From NCBI GenBank assembly GCA_024346625.1, contig AP024667.1, positions 1,302,001-1,366,000 of the forward strand: a stretch of 64,000 bases of DNA. Reading direction: 5' to 3'. The notes beneath the pieces were generated by a model that saw only the letters and a list, made by a program, of their open reading frames with translations, did no database searches and was not told the origin of the DNA. The position numbers and the translations under genes were made by a program. The stretch is from Williopsis jadinii. Its lineage: Eukaryota. Of this stretch, positions 19,914 to 33,000 are shown piece by piece; positions within the stretch are counted from its first letter, which is position 1; every line of letters begins with the position of its first letter.

Positions 19914-21377
19914 CTAGTCCTCAACATACGATGCCTCAGATATTGGTGATAGTTCCACATCATTCGAATGCATGAACCCGGGTGTAGGTATTGTGAATGA
20001 ATTGTTTGGAGTGAGATATGCAAACTGTTGTTGATGCTGTTGGTGCTGCTGATGCTGTTGGTGCTCATTTGTAGGAACAGCTCCTGTTGATCGTGATCTT
20101 CTGAACAATGTCACTGTCCTTTGGCCAATTTCAAACTTGGTATTTTGAGGCTCTTCGACAGTGACCATGTTACTCCTTTTGATTGCACTGTTCAACGATT
20201 TGGACCTTGTGCCAATTGGCCTTACTGGCTTTTCATAGTCATAGTCGTCTGGCACCCCATTGATCTCATCCAATAGAGAGTCGTAGGAATCGTTGTAATT
20301 TCCCTTTGGTGTTTCATCATCGGACATCCATGAGTATCTGTTCGTCTTGAACTCTTGTTCAATCCCTACAGGAACTTGATGATACTTTACAGACCTCGTA
20401 GACTTCAACGCTGGTCTTTGGAATTCTTCTTCGTCATCTGAAAAGTATTTCTTGTTGAACAACTCCTCATCATCGTTGTACATGTCATCCTCATCGAAAT
20501 AGTTCAAGTCATCATCAAAATCATCATCTTCCATAAAATCATTAACGTAGAACCCTTCTTGTCTCACCACAAGCTTCTCAGTCATCTCCTTTGGATCCTT
20601 GTAGTACCTCACACTGTTGTTTCGAGCAGCTTCGCCTGTGTCGAACGAGAATTGCGAGCTCTGGTCGCTTGCATCGATGTCGTCAATCTTCAAGGACCCC
20701 ACGTTGAGGTCAAAGGCAGGTGCAAGGGTCTTTGGCTGATGGTCGACATCGGCATCGTTATCGTTCTCGTCTTTGCTAACGATCTGCGCCATTCTATGCC
20801 TGTTCTTCTTCGAGTTCTTACCCTTATTTCTCGTAGGAGAGAGCATCTCTGGAATCTCCAGCACTGTGTTCAGAGGCAGTTCAATTGTATCATCACCAAC
20901 GCCTTCTTCACCAGCATCGACACCAGCATCGACACCAGCATCGTCACGAGCATCGGCACCAAGCTCACAGGGCTCCTCCTCCAGCAGCGTCAGACCCTCT
21001 GGAGAGCTGCATGAACCAGACGAGCGTTCACTATTGAAACTGATCCTGTTTGTTCTCCCATCAGTGCCCCACTCATGCGTCCTCGTCCCCACTATCATCA
21101 ACGGTGGTGAGCTCGACATCGACATCGACATCGACGGCTTGTTGGCTGCTGACGAGCTCGCAAGCATCCCCTGGATGTTCGAGCTCGACGACTTCCCCCG
21201 GAGGAACAGCCTCTGCAACTTATTCCCCCTGCTACCACCAGGAGACGTCGGTATGCTCTTTATAGGTGACGAGTGCGTGGAGCCATTGGTCACCTTCTCC
21301 TCCAGCACTCCACCAAGCGACTCGCTGTCCAATTGGCTCGAGGAGCCTCTTCTGTGGGACTTCATGAACGATCTCAT
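19914..21377 (-). CDS. ZRG8: Zrg8-like acidic low-complexity protein
   Basis: N-terminus MRSFMKSHRRGSS, SQFSF...RNNSVRYY block, C-terminal LSPISE; synteny with the FIR1/YER034W/ARB1 block. Confidence 0.62.
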   Translation of the reverse strand: MRSFMKSHRRGSSSQLDSESLGGVLEEKVTNGSTHSSPIKSIPTSPGGSRGNKLQRLFLRGKSSSSNIQGMLASSSAANKPSMSMSMSSSPPLMIVGTRTHEWGTDGRTNRISFNSERSSGSCSSPEGLTLLEEEPCELGADARDDAGVDAGVDAGEEGVGDDTIELPLNTVLEIPEMLSPTRNKGKNSKKNRHRMAQIVSKDENDNDADVDHQPKTLAPAFDLNVGSLKIDDIDASDQSSQFSFDTGEAARNNSVRYYKDPKEMTEKLVVRQEGFYVNDFMEDDDFDDDLNYFDEDDMYNDDEELFNKKYFSDDEEEFQRPALKSTRSVKYHQVPVGIEQEFKTNRYSWMSDDETPKGNYNDSYDSLLDEINGVPDDYDYEKPVRPIGTRSKSLNSAIKRSNMVTVEEPQNTKFEIGQRTVTLFRRSRSTGAVPTNEHQQHQQHQQHQQQFAYLTPNNSFTIPTPGFMHSNDVELSPISEASYVED

Positions 21378-21827
21378 CTTCCCTCAGCCGTCTCTGCTGC
21401 TTATCTGCCCTTTATTTGGTGGAGAGAGGGCATCGTATAAGAAGGAGCAGGGGGAAAATGCCTATATAGCGGTGATCACGTGACATACCCCGGAAGTCGA
21501 CCAGAGACTTACAAACCGAGGGTTTTCGGACTACTTCTGAACAGCACAATACAACGGATGGAGCTCCTTATAACGCCTGGTGTGGCACTGTTGGAGACAG
21601 AAGTACGACTGTTGGTGCTCGTGCTGTGCTGTGGTATTCATCTAGCGAAGCCGTGGTTAGCTGGAGCTGCCATACTGAAGAGACAGCTGGAAGATCGGGG
21701 CTTTAAAGTACGTGATAGGGCTTTGAAGTCGATACAGAACAACGTACGATACAGACGGAAAGAAGAAGTCTTCTTTCCCACCATTGACTAGCAGCTTCCT
21801 GAGCAGTGGTATAAGAACCAGGTCGCC

Positions 21828-22724
21828 ATGTCCAATGGCTTTACCAGCTCACTGAGCCGTTTCAACTGCGCTGAGTTCTTCATGGCTGGAGTCGTGGTGC
21901 ACGCCTTCTACGATGGCGATAGGCCAAACCCCTTCACCAAGGCGGTGAAGAGTCCGCTGACGGTGTTGTTTCTGCTACATGGCCGTGAGCAGAGTGTGCA
22001 GACACACTCCAAGGAGATCGCGTTCAAGTTGCTGGATGAGTATAAAGGGCCGTCACCGTTGGTTGTTATCTGCTGGGATCAACGTAACCACGGTGCTAGA
22101 CTCATTGACCCTGTGAGAAACACCTCTTGGGCACAAGGGAACGATAACCACGGCACTGACATGCTTTCCATCATCGCAGCCTCGGTGGAGGAGCTGAAGT
22201 TGCTGGTTGACTACTTACCAACGGCGTTGGATCTCTCTCTGTTTGACGTCAAGAGAGTTGTTAGCGGCGTGTCGATGGGCGGTCATGTCACTATAAGATC
22301 CGTTGCCAAGTATCCACAACTGTGGGATGGTGCTGCTCCCATTGTGGGATGCTTTGACCTGTCCTCACTAATGCTGAACAGGCTACACAACTTTGGAGAG
22401 GCGGATCTTTATCTAAAGAGATACAAGGACTTGCGCGTTGATCCTCTGAGATACTCGGAGGCGTTGTTTGAGCTTGTCTCTAACGATGATCAGCTAGTGC
22501 ACGATCAATACATCTCCAACAACGTCAAAACCCTGGCAGTCTTCGGTAAAGACGACCCCCTGGTGCTTCCAATGTACTCAGATTCCTTCCTCAAGGCTGC
22601 CAACGCTTCGATGGTTGACACTATGGATCCAAATGCTCGGTTCCAAGCTATAGGCTACGATGCAAAGCACCAGGTGGTTGATGCCATGCTGAGAGACATA
22701 GCGTATTGGCTAGCCACAATATAA
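21828..22724 (+). CDS. Alpha/beta hydrolase
   Basis: LFLLHG, DQRNHG, nucleophile elbow GVSMGG, GKDDPLV (Asp) and C-terminal KH (His). Confidence 0.85.
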   Translation: MSNGFTSSLSRFNCAEFFMAGVVVHAFYDGDRPNPFTKAVKSPLTVLFLLHGREQSVQTHSKEIAFKLLDEYKGPSPLVVICWDQRNHGARLIDPVRNTSWAQGNDNHGTDMLSIIAASVEELKLLVDYLPTALDLSLFDVKRVVSGVSMGGHVTIRSVAKYPQLWDGAAPIVGCFDLSSLMLNRLHNFGEADLYLKRYKDLRVDPLRYSEALFELVSNDDQLVHDQYISNNVKTLAVFGKDDPLVLPMYSDSFLKAANASMVDTMDPNARFQAIGYDAKHQVVDAMLRDIAYWLATI

Positions 22725-22741
22725 ACCACACATCCATATAT

Positions 22742-23830
22742 TCAAAATGAAAGCTGTTCCAACTCCCTTGTTGTCTTTGCAGCACCATCGGTAGAGGTGT
22801 CTGTATCTATCTTCAGTTTCGCTCTATTCTTCTCTAGCCCTTCCAATAGTGTACATGCTTTACATATCTTATTGCTCGAGAGATAGCCACAACGTTCACA
22901 CCTGTTACCATCCTTGAAAAGAGATACAGAGCCATCGCTTCTGACCTCAACTTCTGTAACATCCTTTTTCCTGAACTGCTTTCTCACCTTCTTTGGCTTT
23001 AGAACAAGATTCTCACCGGAATGAATGATGTCGATGATACAACTTGGTCTAATAGACTCCAGATTCTTCATCAACTCCCTTGCGGTGCCTCTGAATGCCT
23101 CTGGTGCGTACGAGCATTCTGTTGAAAAGTAATCCAGCTTCTTGTAATGGGCATATAGCACAATCTCCTTCTGGTACGAGTACTTGAAGGGCTTTGATCT
23201 TTTGATAGGCGAGCCAACGCTTGAAGTCATGATCGAGGTGGACTTCTCTAGCCGGGCAACGTCACCACGCAACAGGTTCATCAGCACCGTTTCAGCCATA
23301 TCGTCAGCATTATGACCTGTGACAACGTGGTTGATACCCAGCTTGGCAGCACCCCTATCCAACGCCTGTCTTCTAAAGACACCACAGTATGTGCAGCTGT
23401 TCTTCAACCCAGCACAGCTGACGATTTCGTCCATCGTCCAGTTATACAGCTCTCTGTAGGAAACAATCTCCAAGGGCAGCTGGTACTGCTCCTTGTTACG
23501 CTTAACAGTGGCCAATGAGTCGTCTCGATACCCGATGATGCCCTCGTCAATACTCAAAAGCACAATATCAATGCCGTAGTGGTATCGCTCGTTCAGCAGC
23601 TTCAACACGTACGCCAGCACCGTCGAGTCCTTACCCCCGGACGCACCAACTGCAACACGCTCTCCTTCAAAGAACAGGCTGTTCGACACGATCGTGTTGT
23701 GTATCTCGGTCTCAAACACTTCATAGAAGCACAGCTTACAAATCTTCTGTAGGTTCTTTGGCCTTTTCACTATGGCTTTACGGCAATGGCAGAGCTCACA
23801 GAGCTGCGATACCTTCGGCTTCTTCTCCAT
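22742..23830 (-). CDS. NCS6: Cytoplasmic tRNA 2-thiolation protein 1
   Basis: CxxC zinc motifs, SGGKDS PP-loop, [19 protein letters not shown]. Confidence 0.96.
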   Translation of the reverse strand: MEKKPKVSQLCELCHCRKAIVKRPKNLQKICKLCFYEVFETEIHNTIVSNSLFFEGERVAVGASGGKDSTVLAYVLKLLNERYHYGIDIVLLSIDEGIIGYRDDSLATVKRNKEQYQLPLEIVSYRELYNWTMDEIVSCAGLKNSCTYCGVFRRQALDRGAAKLGINHVVTGHNADDMAETVLMNLLRGDVARLEKSTSIMTSSVGSPIKRSKPFKYSYQKEIVLYAHYKKLDYFSTECSYAPEAFRGTARELMKNLESIRPSCIIDIIHSGENLVLKPKKVRKQFRKKDVTEVEVRSDGSVSLFKDGNRCERCGYLSSNKICKACTLLEGLEKNRAKLKIDTDTSTDGAAKTTRELEQLSF

Positions 23831-23981
23831 CAGGCAAGTGCTAGTGCAACAGGGGCTGTATCAGTGGCAACACAGGCAATACCAGCAGTATAAGGAGTAT
23901 ATAAACTGTGATAAAAGCAGTAAAAAGTCGTATAAAGTAGAACCATTTAATACCGGAAAACTTTTCGGTAGGCGCCACACG

Positions 23982-24015
23982 GCGATGAGATGGGATTACG
24001 TAAGGTCTTACGTAA
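23982..24015. promoter_or_regulatory. PAC element and two TTACGTAA bZIP palindromes in the NCS6-NIP1 divergent promoter
   Basis: GCGATGAG at 23982-23989; TTACGTAA at 23996-24003 and 24008-24015. An RRPE (TGAAAAATTT) also lies at 24299. Confidence 0.55.
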
Positions 24016-24375
24016 GCAGCACACCAGAGACCCAACCGCATTTTGGCGTATTCAGCTACCAATCGCCGGTTTCGACCGGTTTCAAAGCGGAATCAAGGAC
24101 ATATCCAGCCAATTGAGCATGATCCCATCACACCAGTACGCACACCACCAGCAGAAACCATCAAAATTGCCGGAATCACCGTGGCTCATTGTACCATTGG
24201 GCCCTGCCGTGCTGACGTTTACGCTTGCCACACGCGTGCGTGCTCACAGTTACGCACTTCGGGGGTTAAAAATTTTCCACCTTCCCTCCTTCGCCCGCTG
24301 AAAAATTTCTCAGAACCTTCCACTCGTGCTCTACGCCAAACAGTTCACAGAGGAGATCTACTAACAACAGACACA

Positions 24376-26913
24376 ATGGCAAGTCGTTTCTTCCAAGGTG
24401 GTGCTTCAGACTCCGAGTACTCGAGCTCAGAAGAGGAACTTCTGTCCTCTTCTGATGAGGAATTCGTCTCATCAGACGAGGAGCAACAACAAGAGGAGCA
24501 AGATGAGGATGATCTCAGCGATGATTCAGTCTTTGGCAACGGGTCCGACGAGAGTGACAGTGACAGTGATCTCGACTCCGGCAGAGCCAGGGGGCCTGCG
24601 TATTTCCTCAAGAAGTCCACGGTGCCAGACTCTGATGATGAGAGCAGCGATGATGAGGACCGTAAAGTTGTCAAGTCCGCTAAGGACAAGCTGATGGACG
24701 AGATGAAGCTGTCCATCTCGACGATTTCCAGCTCCAAGACCACCGGTGACTGGGTCTCTGTGCTATCTGAGTTCGAGAAGCTGGCGAAGAACCTCGTGCG
24801 TGCGGAGCAACAGAACTACGGCACGCCCTCTGTGTATATCAAGGCCATTGTTGAGCTGGATGATGACATCAACGATGTGTCTTCCGATGATAAGAAGAAG
24901 CTGAATGCCATTGTTGCTAAGGCCTTCAATGCTGTAAGACAGAGAGTGAAGAAGTCCATCCGTGAGAAGCAGTCACTCGTGGACTCTTTCAGAGAGGACC
25001 CAGACTCCTTCCAGAAGAAGGAATCCGCAGTGGCATCAACAAGGGAAACCCCAACGTCAGAGACCAAGCCATCGTCACTCAACGCTGAGCTCTTCACTGC
25101 TTATAAAGCCGTTGCTGAGAGTAGAGGTAAGAAGAACTTTGACGTGCAAGAAAACATCAAGACCTTGGAAGGGCTTGTGTCCAGTGCCACCTCTCCTTAT
25201 GAAAGCATCATTGTGTATCTCATGTTGATCCCGTTGAGATTCGACACTGCCAACAACATGACCTACATGCCTGTGGACCAATGGGATAAGACCTCCGAGG
25301 ACATCAACCAGCTGTTCACCATCCTGGAGAAGAACATTGGTTCGTACCGTGTTTTGGAGACAGCTGAGGCACTGGATGACGTTGAGGTCCCACCACAGCC
25401 AAATGACCAAGGTGTGCGTGAGATCTTGGGCTCAGTTGTTTCATTCGTTGAAAGATTGGATGACGAGTTCACCCGTTCGTTACAGGTGATTGATCCACAC
25501 ACCACCGAGTACATTGACCGTCTTAAGTACGAACAAGTGATTTACTCCACGATCATTAGGGCTCAGCTCTACTCAGAACAGGTGATCTCACAAGATGCCA
25601 TCTCCAGTGGAACAAACGAACAAATAGCAAGAATTGTATCCAGAAGAATCGATCACATCTACTTCAAGAAGTCTGCCCTTATAAAGATCACCGAGGCATC
25701 GGCATGGAGCAAACAATCCACACAGTCCAAGATTGTAGCCTACTCCGCAGACGATGACTCTTACACTGACAGATTGATGGACGTGTTGTCATCCGTGCTG
25801 TACAAGCAGTCCAATGCCATCTACAGAAAGAAGGCCATGCTTTGCCACATCTACTACTATGCATTCAACAACAAGTACTTCAAGGCTAGAGATATGTTCC
25901 TGATGTCTCATTTGCAATCGACCATCCACACTTCTGATCCTGTCTTGCAGACCTTGTTCAACAGAGCATTGGTTCAATTGGGTCTCTGCGCTTTCAGAAA
26001 CGGGTTGATTCAGGAGTCCTTTGAAGCATTGCAAGAGATTGCAGTGTCACCACGTCAAAGAGACCTTCTTGGCCAGTCCACTCAAAGATTCACAAACCAA
26101 ACGTCTGTTGCTGAGAAGCAGCGTGTCTTGCCATTCCACACTCATATCAACTTGGAGCTCATCGAGTCTGTGTTCCTGACATCCTCGTTGTTGATTGAGA
26201 TTCCTCAGAATGCCCAGCTTGGTAGCACAGTTGACAGCAAGAGAAAGCAGCAACCAAGAAACTTCAGACGTTTCCTGGACTTCCACGAGAGACAGACCTT
26301 CCAGGGCCCACCAGAGGGCACAAGAGACTTCATCATGCACGCTGCTAAGGCCTTGCAAGCTGGTGAATGGAAGAAGTCAGTGGAGCTGTTGACATCTATC
26401 AAGATCTGGAACTTGTTCTCCAACTCTGAGGCTGTCAAGGAGATGATCAAGGAGAAGATCCAAATTGAAGGCCTGAGAACATTCTTGTTCCAATTCAAGA
26501 CGTTCTACTCCAAGTTGTCCCTTGCTAAGCTCTCTCAGCTGTTTGAGCTACCAGAATCAAAGGTTTCTGCCGTTGTTTCCAAGATGATCTTCAACGAAGA
26601 AATCGCTGCTGGATTGGACCAGGTTTCTAACTCTGTCGTCTTCGTACAAGGAGTAGAGCTCACGAAACTACAGGAGTTGGCCATCTCACTTGCTGAGAAG
26701 GCTCAGAACTTGTCAGATAGAAACGAACGTTTTGCCGGTGCTCATCAACCGCAAGGCTACGCTGGTGATAAGTACAACTCAAACACAGACGGAAGACGTG
26801 AGAACAGAAACAATAGAAACATCAAGTTTGCTCCAGCAACAGGTGGTGCTACAATCTCTGGTGCTCTTAATGGTATGGACAAGAGAAGAAGAAGAACTGC
26901 TGGTCGTGCTTAA
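24376..26913 (+). CDS. NIP1: Translation initiation factor eIF3 subunit c
   Basis: ATG at 24376 (MASRFFQGG..SSSEEELLSSS); acidic N-terminus, VVKSAKDK, LPFHTHINLEL and C-terminal PCI domain. Confidence 0.95.
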   Translation: MASRFFQGGASDSEYSSSEEELLSSSDEEFVSSDEEQQQEEQDEDDLSDDSVFGNGSDESDSDSDLDSGRARGPAYFLKKSTVPDSDDESSDDEDRKVVKSAKDKLMDEMKLSISTISSSKTTGDWVSVLSEFEKLAKNLVRAEQQNYGTPSVYIKAIVELDDDINDVSSDDKKKLNAIVAKAFNAVRQRVKKSIREKQSLVDSFREDPDSFQKKESAVASTRETPTSETKPSSLNAELFTAYKAVAESRGKKNFDVQENIKTLEGLVSSATSPYESIIVYLMLIPLRFDTANNMTYMPVDQWDKTSEDINQLFTILEKNIGSYRVLETAEALDDVEVPPQPNDQGVREILGSVVSFVERLDDEFTRSLQVIDPHTTEYIDRLKYEQVIYSTIIRAQLYSEQVISQDAISSGTNEQIARIVSRRIDHIYFKKSALIKITEASAWSKQSTQSKIVAYSADDDSYTDRLMDVLSSVLYKQSNAIYRKKAMLCHIYYYAFNNKYFKARDMFLMSHLQSTIHTSDPVLQTLFNRALVQLGLCAFRNGLIQESFEALQEIAVSPRQRDLLGQSTQRFTNQTSVAEKQRVLPFHTHINLELIESVFLTSSLLIEIPQNAQLGSTVDSKRKQQPRNFRRFLDFHERQTFQGPPEGTRDFIMHAAKALQAGEWKKSVELLTSIKIWNLFSNSEAVKEMIKEKIQIEGLRTFLFQFKTFYSKLSLAKLSQLFELPESKVSAVVSKMIFNEEIAAGLDQVSNSVVFVQGVELTKLQELAISLAEKAQNLSDRNERFAGAHQPQGYAGDKYNSNTDGRRENRNNRNIKFAPATGGATISGALNGMDKRRRRTAGRA

Positions 26914-27001
26914 TGGGGAAATTCATCTACATAGACGTGTTTCGTAACAAGAACTTCAAATGTACATTAAAATGGAAAGGAAAATGTACGATAAACATGG
27001 C

Positions 27002-30000
27002 CTAGGCAAAGTAGCTTCTCCATAAGACACCTTCTAAGTCTTCCAGTTGGTCCTCTGTGAACGATTGACGATCGATGTGCCATGTGTCGGCTCTTAGCTT
27101 TTTGAATTGCGATAATATGTCCTTAGCAGATTTCCCAATGATGCCTGGATAGGAGGATGCTCTGGCTAATAACACAATCTGATCAGGCATCCACTTTGGT
27201 GGTGGTGATGTGTAAGGGAATGCGGAGATCAGAGCTCCCAACCCAATAACAGCCCCATGGATCTTCACCATTTTCTCAGGAGAGAGATTGTCCCTTTTTA
27301 CCCTCTTGAGAAGACGCTTCTTGTACTTCTCTATGAACTGATCAACAATGGCCAAGTTCAAGGAGTTGTGTATAATACCGGTGAGCACAGTCGCAGCTTT
27401 TGTCCTAACTTCAATGGAGTTATTGAACAGCAGCGTATCAACACGTGCTATCAATTCGTATTTTTGTTCTGAGGATAGAAGAATAAGCTCACGGGAAAAC
27501 AAGCCCTCGATGAAGGACAACTGGTAGCATAGTTGATGGAAAGAACTGTAAGGCTCGTTTGCCAAACTAATAACACCAGGAATATCTTCAGGTCTGTAGT
27601 CAAGACCGTTTGCGAATTCCACAAAGAATGCATCAAGGGAGATCTGAGCGAGTTTACAGAGATCCCTATAACTATCCAGCTTCATCAGCATCGGAAAGAT
27701 GTAGTCCTTAATGTATGGGACAAGCTCGTTGTAGAAGAATGACATTTTGGCACCGACAAGCCAGCCAGAGATACTCGAGCACAGGTAATAATATTCCGAG
27801 TGCATGGCATCTTGAGCCGTCATTGCTTCAACAGCTGTTCTGGAATCTTCAGCTTTAGCAAACCATGCTTTCAAACGTTTATCAAAGAAGTTTGTCAAAC
27901 GGAAGTTGGAAACACCAAGATCGAGAGTATTTTGGGCATCCAAGAATTGAGCACAGTTTGCATATGATTCATACATGCACGAATGAGAAAGCGAAGAGAA
28001 CAACCCACCAATTTGAGTTCGAACAACTTTGTAAGGATGCTCAAAGTTCAGAGAATCAACAATTGGCTCGATGTTTTGAAGTTGCCAATCAATATGCTGA
28101 AAGTACACTCTTGCTAGCTTTAAGCGAGATGATTGAGTGAGTGCATGATCAGATTCTGGGTCTATAATCTTTGAAAGAGATAACATCTTCTTGTGGAAAA
28201 CTGGCATTCTTCGAAAGTCCAACTTAGAAGGCAACCACCAGGAAATGATACTCCAGATACCTGAATATTCGGGTGTTAGATCTGAAGAGAAGACTTTGTC
28301 CAAGAAAGTATCGAGTTTGTCGTCTCTCAGAGCAATATTCGCTTCTGTTGTATGATTGGTAGAAACAAACAAACCGCAAACAATCTCTGCTGCAAGAATA
28401 ATGCTTGCTTTATCTTCTCTATTGTAGATTTCATCTAGCAAATCCAGAATGTCCTGGTAGGAAACCACGGTGAACCCAAGCTCACTTAATTGTACAACAG
28501 CAGAGATTAGATAAACATCTGATGCTTGGAACACAGCCTTACTTTCGTTATCAACGGTAACAGATCTCAGAATACTAGCAAGCCACTTCTTATCCACCAA
28601 AGCACCGAACTGAGTCAGCGTATCACGATCATCGTCGCTTAATTTGATATAGTCAAATGACTTAACAGGTGATAAAGCCACGAGGTTCTCCCCCCAGAAT
28701 AACCAGCCTCGGTAAAATGGACCGTCGACGTAAAACTTTGGATTTTTGAAGTTTTGCATTTCTTGAGAGAATTCCTCATGGAAGTTATTGGTCGTATCAA
28801 TGATCATCATACCAGGTCTCAGGTAGTTCAGCTGGAAACTCTTTTCAAGACTATACTCATACGATGCAAAATTCATGACCTTGTCAACCATTTTAGAGAA
28901 CCATGTAATGCAATGTTTGACAAGGGCTGGATGAGAGCTATTTGGGTCCAGCACCAACTGTTTCAAAACATCAGGAGTGGTGCGCAATTCGTAGTAGTCT
29001 TGAAGGTTGATCAGATAGTTGATGAGACCAAACTTGTGCTTCCAGTGACAATTTTGCTTCACCAATGAAAGAAGAAGCACTTGCAGTTCTTCTAACTTCA
29101 CAATGTACTCATGTCGTTTTTTGTCCTTAGCAGAACGGACAGCACTAATCTCAAGGTCAATGCACTTATCTGGTGGTCTAATAGACGAATCAATCTCAGC
29201 TTCGTTGAATAGTGCCACACCAGACGGGACTTTGATAGTCTCAGCAAACATAACCATCAAGTTCTTCGCCAAGCTGTTCACATTTTGATGTTCAACATTC
29301 GAGCATTTGCTGATTAAAGAAACAACCCTCTCAACGTTTTGGAAATCACCAGAGATCTTTGACGAAAACTTACCATAAAGGAACATCTTCAGTCCAGACT
29401 CCAAACGTTTTTCGTCATCCTTCAGGAGAAATTCATCCATCTGATCCAACAAAGATTTCAATATCATGGAATATGAACCAATTATTTTCTTCATGGTTTG
29501 GATCACAACAGGATAAGCAGCAGCACTGGTGGTTTCAAACGACGAGGTTACCAACTGCATCAAATCATTAAGCAAAATCTTATCAATCTTTGATGGGAAA
29601 CGATTGGTGGAATGTAATATGACTCTTTGACGGTGGAATTTCTCAGCTCGAGCTGCAAGGCATGTTCTGGTGAAGGGTTTGACGTAGTTCCCCATGGATT
29701 GAACCTTTTTCAAAAACGTGTAGTCAATGAAAATTTGATCGTCAAGATCATAAGAAAACTCTTTCCCAACATCAGAGAAATATGTTCTCACAGTAGAGGT
29801 ATAAGCGTAAAACAAATTGGTGTTCTCGTTCTTGTGAGACGAAAGATATAGGAAAACTTTGTGCAAGCACTGAGCAATCAAATGTCTTAACGAATGAACG
29901 TGGTTGTAACCAAAAGAAGCCTTCTTTTGGGCCGCTTTATCACCAAAGAAATAGTCACATCCATAAATGTTGGCACTTCTGAATGCAAGCGATGTATTCA

Positions 30001-33000
30001 TAACAGCCGTCAAATCATTTTCAAACTCATAAGATGGAGTTAATAATCTTGAAGTTGCACCTTCCTCATCAGTCTGGATAGCACTGTGTTCATCACTTTG
30101 AATTTCAGTTGGATCTTGAGGAGGTGCGTCGGTATCACTGATCTCCTTGCTTTCAGGCAAGATCTCTGGGTCTTCCTCCTTGGTGATTTGTTCTATATCG
30201 ATATTGATCTCATTGGTGTCGCTCTTCTTGGCCCTCAATGAGCGTAGGATCTTTAATTTCTTTTCGATGGATGTGCTTCCACATTTCTCATCTTCAACAG
30301 CATTGTTGAAATCAGGATCGAACAAGATACTCGACCCAGAGAGGGCTGTACCAACATATGATAAGTTTTTGATCAACTCATCAATCGCCAACAAATCTGG
30401 TTCCCCTGCTTGAGAGCAAATATGTTCTATACTTGCAAGCGACTTCATAATGACGGTTTCAAAGATGTCAATTGCGCAGTGTATTGTCTTATGGGTTGGT
30501 ACATACCATTCGAATTCCAGGTTCTGCTCTTCAAATCTAGTATCAGAAAATTGATTAGCACCCCATGATTCTGCATACTGTTCCACAGTTGGCTCATGTT
30601 TCAGAATTCTGCTCTCTTTAAGCTTGATGTTGGTCAAGTTCTTAAGAGTCTTATGGATAACGTAAGCCGTAGTGGTAGCCAATGATGGATTCGACACCTT
30701 TTCATACAACAGGGAGAACAGGTCCAAAACCGCATCCGAGAATTCCAACATGTGTTCATTGGAGACACTTATAACCTCACTAATCACTATGAGGAACAAC
30801 TCCAATTTCTTATCAGATTCCGGAACTTCATCTCTGGTTCTATTCGAACCTGCACCATTATCAAGTTCCAGTTTAATCAGGCCATAGATATCTTTGAAGA
30901 CCTTTGGTGCCAGTGAAGGGTCTCGTCTAATCATAGCAGCTGACATATTTGCAATGATTGGAGAGTTATTGACAGTATGACGGAAGTCTCCTTCAAGCAA
31001 TTTCTCATGAACTATACTGGCCATGTAGTGGAACAAGTCGTCTGAAAGCGATTCCGTAAATATCAACACCACTTGTGTGATTTTGAAGTTGAACTTTTCC
31101 GACAGGTCTGTATCGATTAAAAGATACAATTTCTCTGTAAATAGCTTGATCAATTCTCTGAATCCCATGGTGGAAGCCTTGAATGCATTGTTGATGATGC
31201 TCTTCTCCGTATTAAACTTTTCCCCTGGATACATCTTGAGAAATTCCAAATGTTCTTGAAGAAACGTAAGGTTTGTAGACTCAAAGGACAAAAAATCGTC
31301 ATCCGTGACAACTTCTCTGTAGGGAATGACAGAAGATAGTGTAACAAAGCAGTTCAAGACATGGTTTGTCAAGTTGAGATCGTTAGTGCCTATTTTATCA
31401 ACAAGCAACAGCAATATTTGAGTAATATGCACACGATAAATTGGATCGTACACTATGAACCTTGATATCTCTGTAAATTGTTTTAACGAGACGATGATTC
31501 TATGTGTTGAATTCACAAACTGATCGGTCAAAGAATCATACAAGTCCAACAATATCTTATCGATGAACGTATGCTTCGATGGATATGGAATATCCACCAG
31601 GTAGCCAATTGAAGAGATATAATAAGCCGAGACGTTTTCCTTCTTACCTTGTGCACCCAGTAAAACCAAATCCTGAAATATATTAGCAATTTTTTCATTC
31701 ATTTCAACAGACAGTTTAAATTCATCTGCAAGTTCACATTCTTCCTTTTCCTCTTGCTTTAATCTCTTATGGTATGCATTGATGAACCGTTGACAAAATT
31801 TGGCTATGAGTCCAGACCAAGGACCGGGATTCGAAGGATGAACAAATGTCTGTAATGAATTAAGCAGCGTTTCAAGTTTAGCAGAAAACTCTTTGAAATT
31901 CATTGGTGTGATAGATGATACCAATAGTGATGCAACTTGTGAATATGATTGATCACGGAAATCAGATCTCAAGTTGTTCTGTATTCTGTTCAGGACAAAC
32001 TCCAGTTGTACGTCCGTCAGGATACCAAACCTATGTAACTGATGATATGTCAATTCATTCTTTGATATCGATAGGTATGCCTTTGTTGAAATTTTACTCA
32101 ACAACTGGAACAAACTTGGTTCTGAACGAACTTTATGAGACGTGAAGTTTGTCCAAATATGGAAGATAGTGTTAATAAACTCCATTGCAGACTCATCTTC
32201 AGCAAAGTACACTGGGAACGCAGCAGCCAAGATTGGCAATGAGATATGACACGTTGTTGGATGGAACCTCTGCATTGTCCAATCGAAAACTTCTTTCATT
32301 GCGGTCTTTGGGAAGAAATTGGCAGCTCTTGCAGCCAATTTTTGCATAGAGCTGAACGCCTTCTTATCTGAATCGTTTGAGCCTGGATGGTAGATATCAA
32401 ATTTTGGATCCGGATCTGGATAAAACTGTTGGAAGAACTCCAACATGCACTTATGATCCAATTCCAAGGCACCGCATTCAGAGAGATCTCTAACGAACGA
32501 ATCAGTCAACATCATAAACATACCGGAGTACGACGACAGTTTGATACTTTGCCCTCTTGATAGTGACAGGTAGTAATACACTTTCGCCAGCGAAGCTCGC
32601 AGGGTCAATGGTAGCTCAAATTTCATCTTTAGACAACTGCTCAGCTCATTGGTCCAATGATTCACAGACACAATCGCTGCTGACCGTGGCAACACTTTAC
32701 CAACCACACCTGATGATTTCACCTCATCTTCTTCGTCGCCATCCTCCTCCTCATCTAAATCAAAGGATATGTCTGCGTTGAAGAAATCCGTATCCAGGGT
32801 CAGCTCATCAATGTCGTTCTTCACGGCGGCCAGGTCCTTCGTGGATATACAGACATACCCTTCCAAGTCCAGCGATTTGATCGCAATGTACAAGTGCACA
32901 ATCACATGTGTTAAGTACCGTGCCTGGTCAGTATGTGATTCCGTACTATACGGCAGCTGTTCAGCCAGTCTGAACGGCACAGCTTTCGACCGTGAGACCC

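Noticed and set aside
21480..21791. 103-aa ORF between ZRG8-like and the hydrolase
   Set aside because: GTG start, lies within a divergent promoter containing a CACGTG box, and has no motif support.
24043..24375. N-terminal extension of NIP1, and TACTAAC..CAG at 24359-24370 as a 5' UTR intron
   Set aside because: The extension starts at TTG and spans promoter elements. No consensus donor lies between the RRPE (24299) and the putative branch point, and the 5-nt branch-to-AG distance is very short.
27002..27015. Blm10 C-terminus YFA instead of the YYA HbYX motif
   Set aside because: Conservative aromatic change that I believe also occurs in other fungal Blm10 proteins; not clearly unusual.
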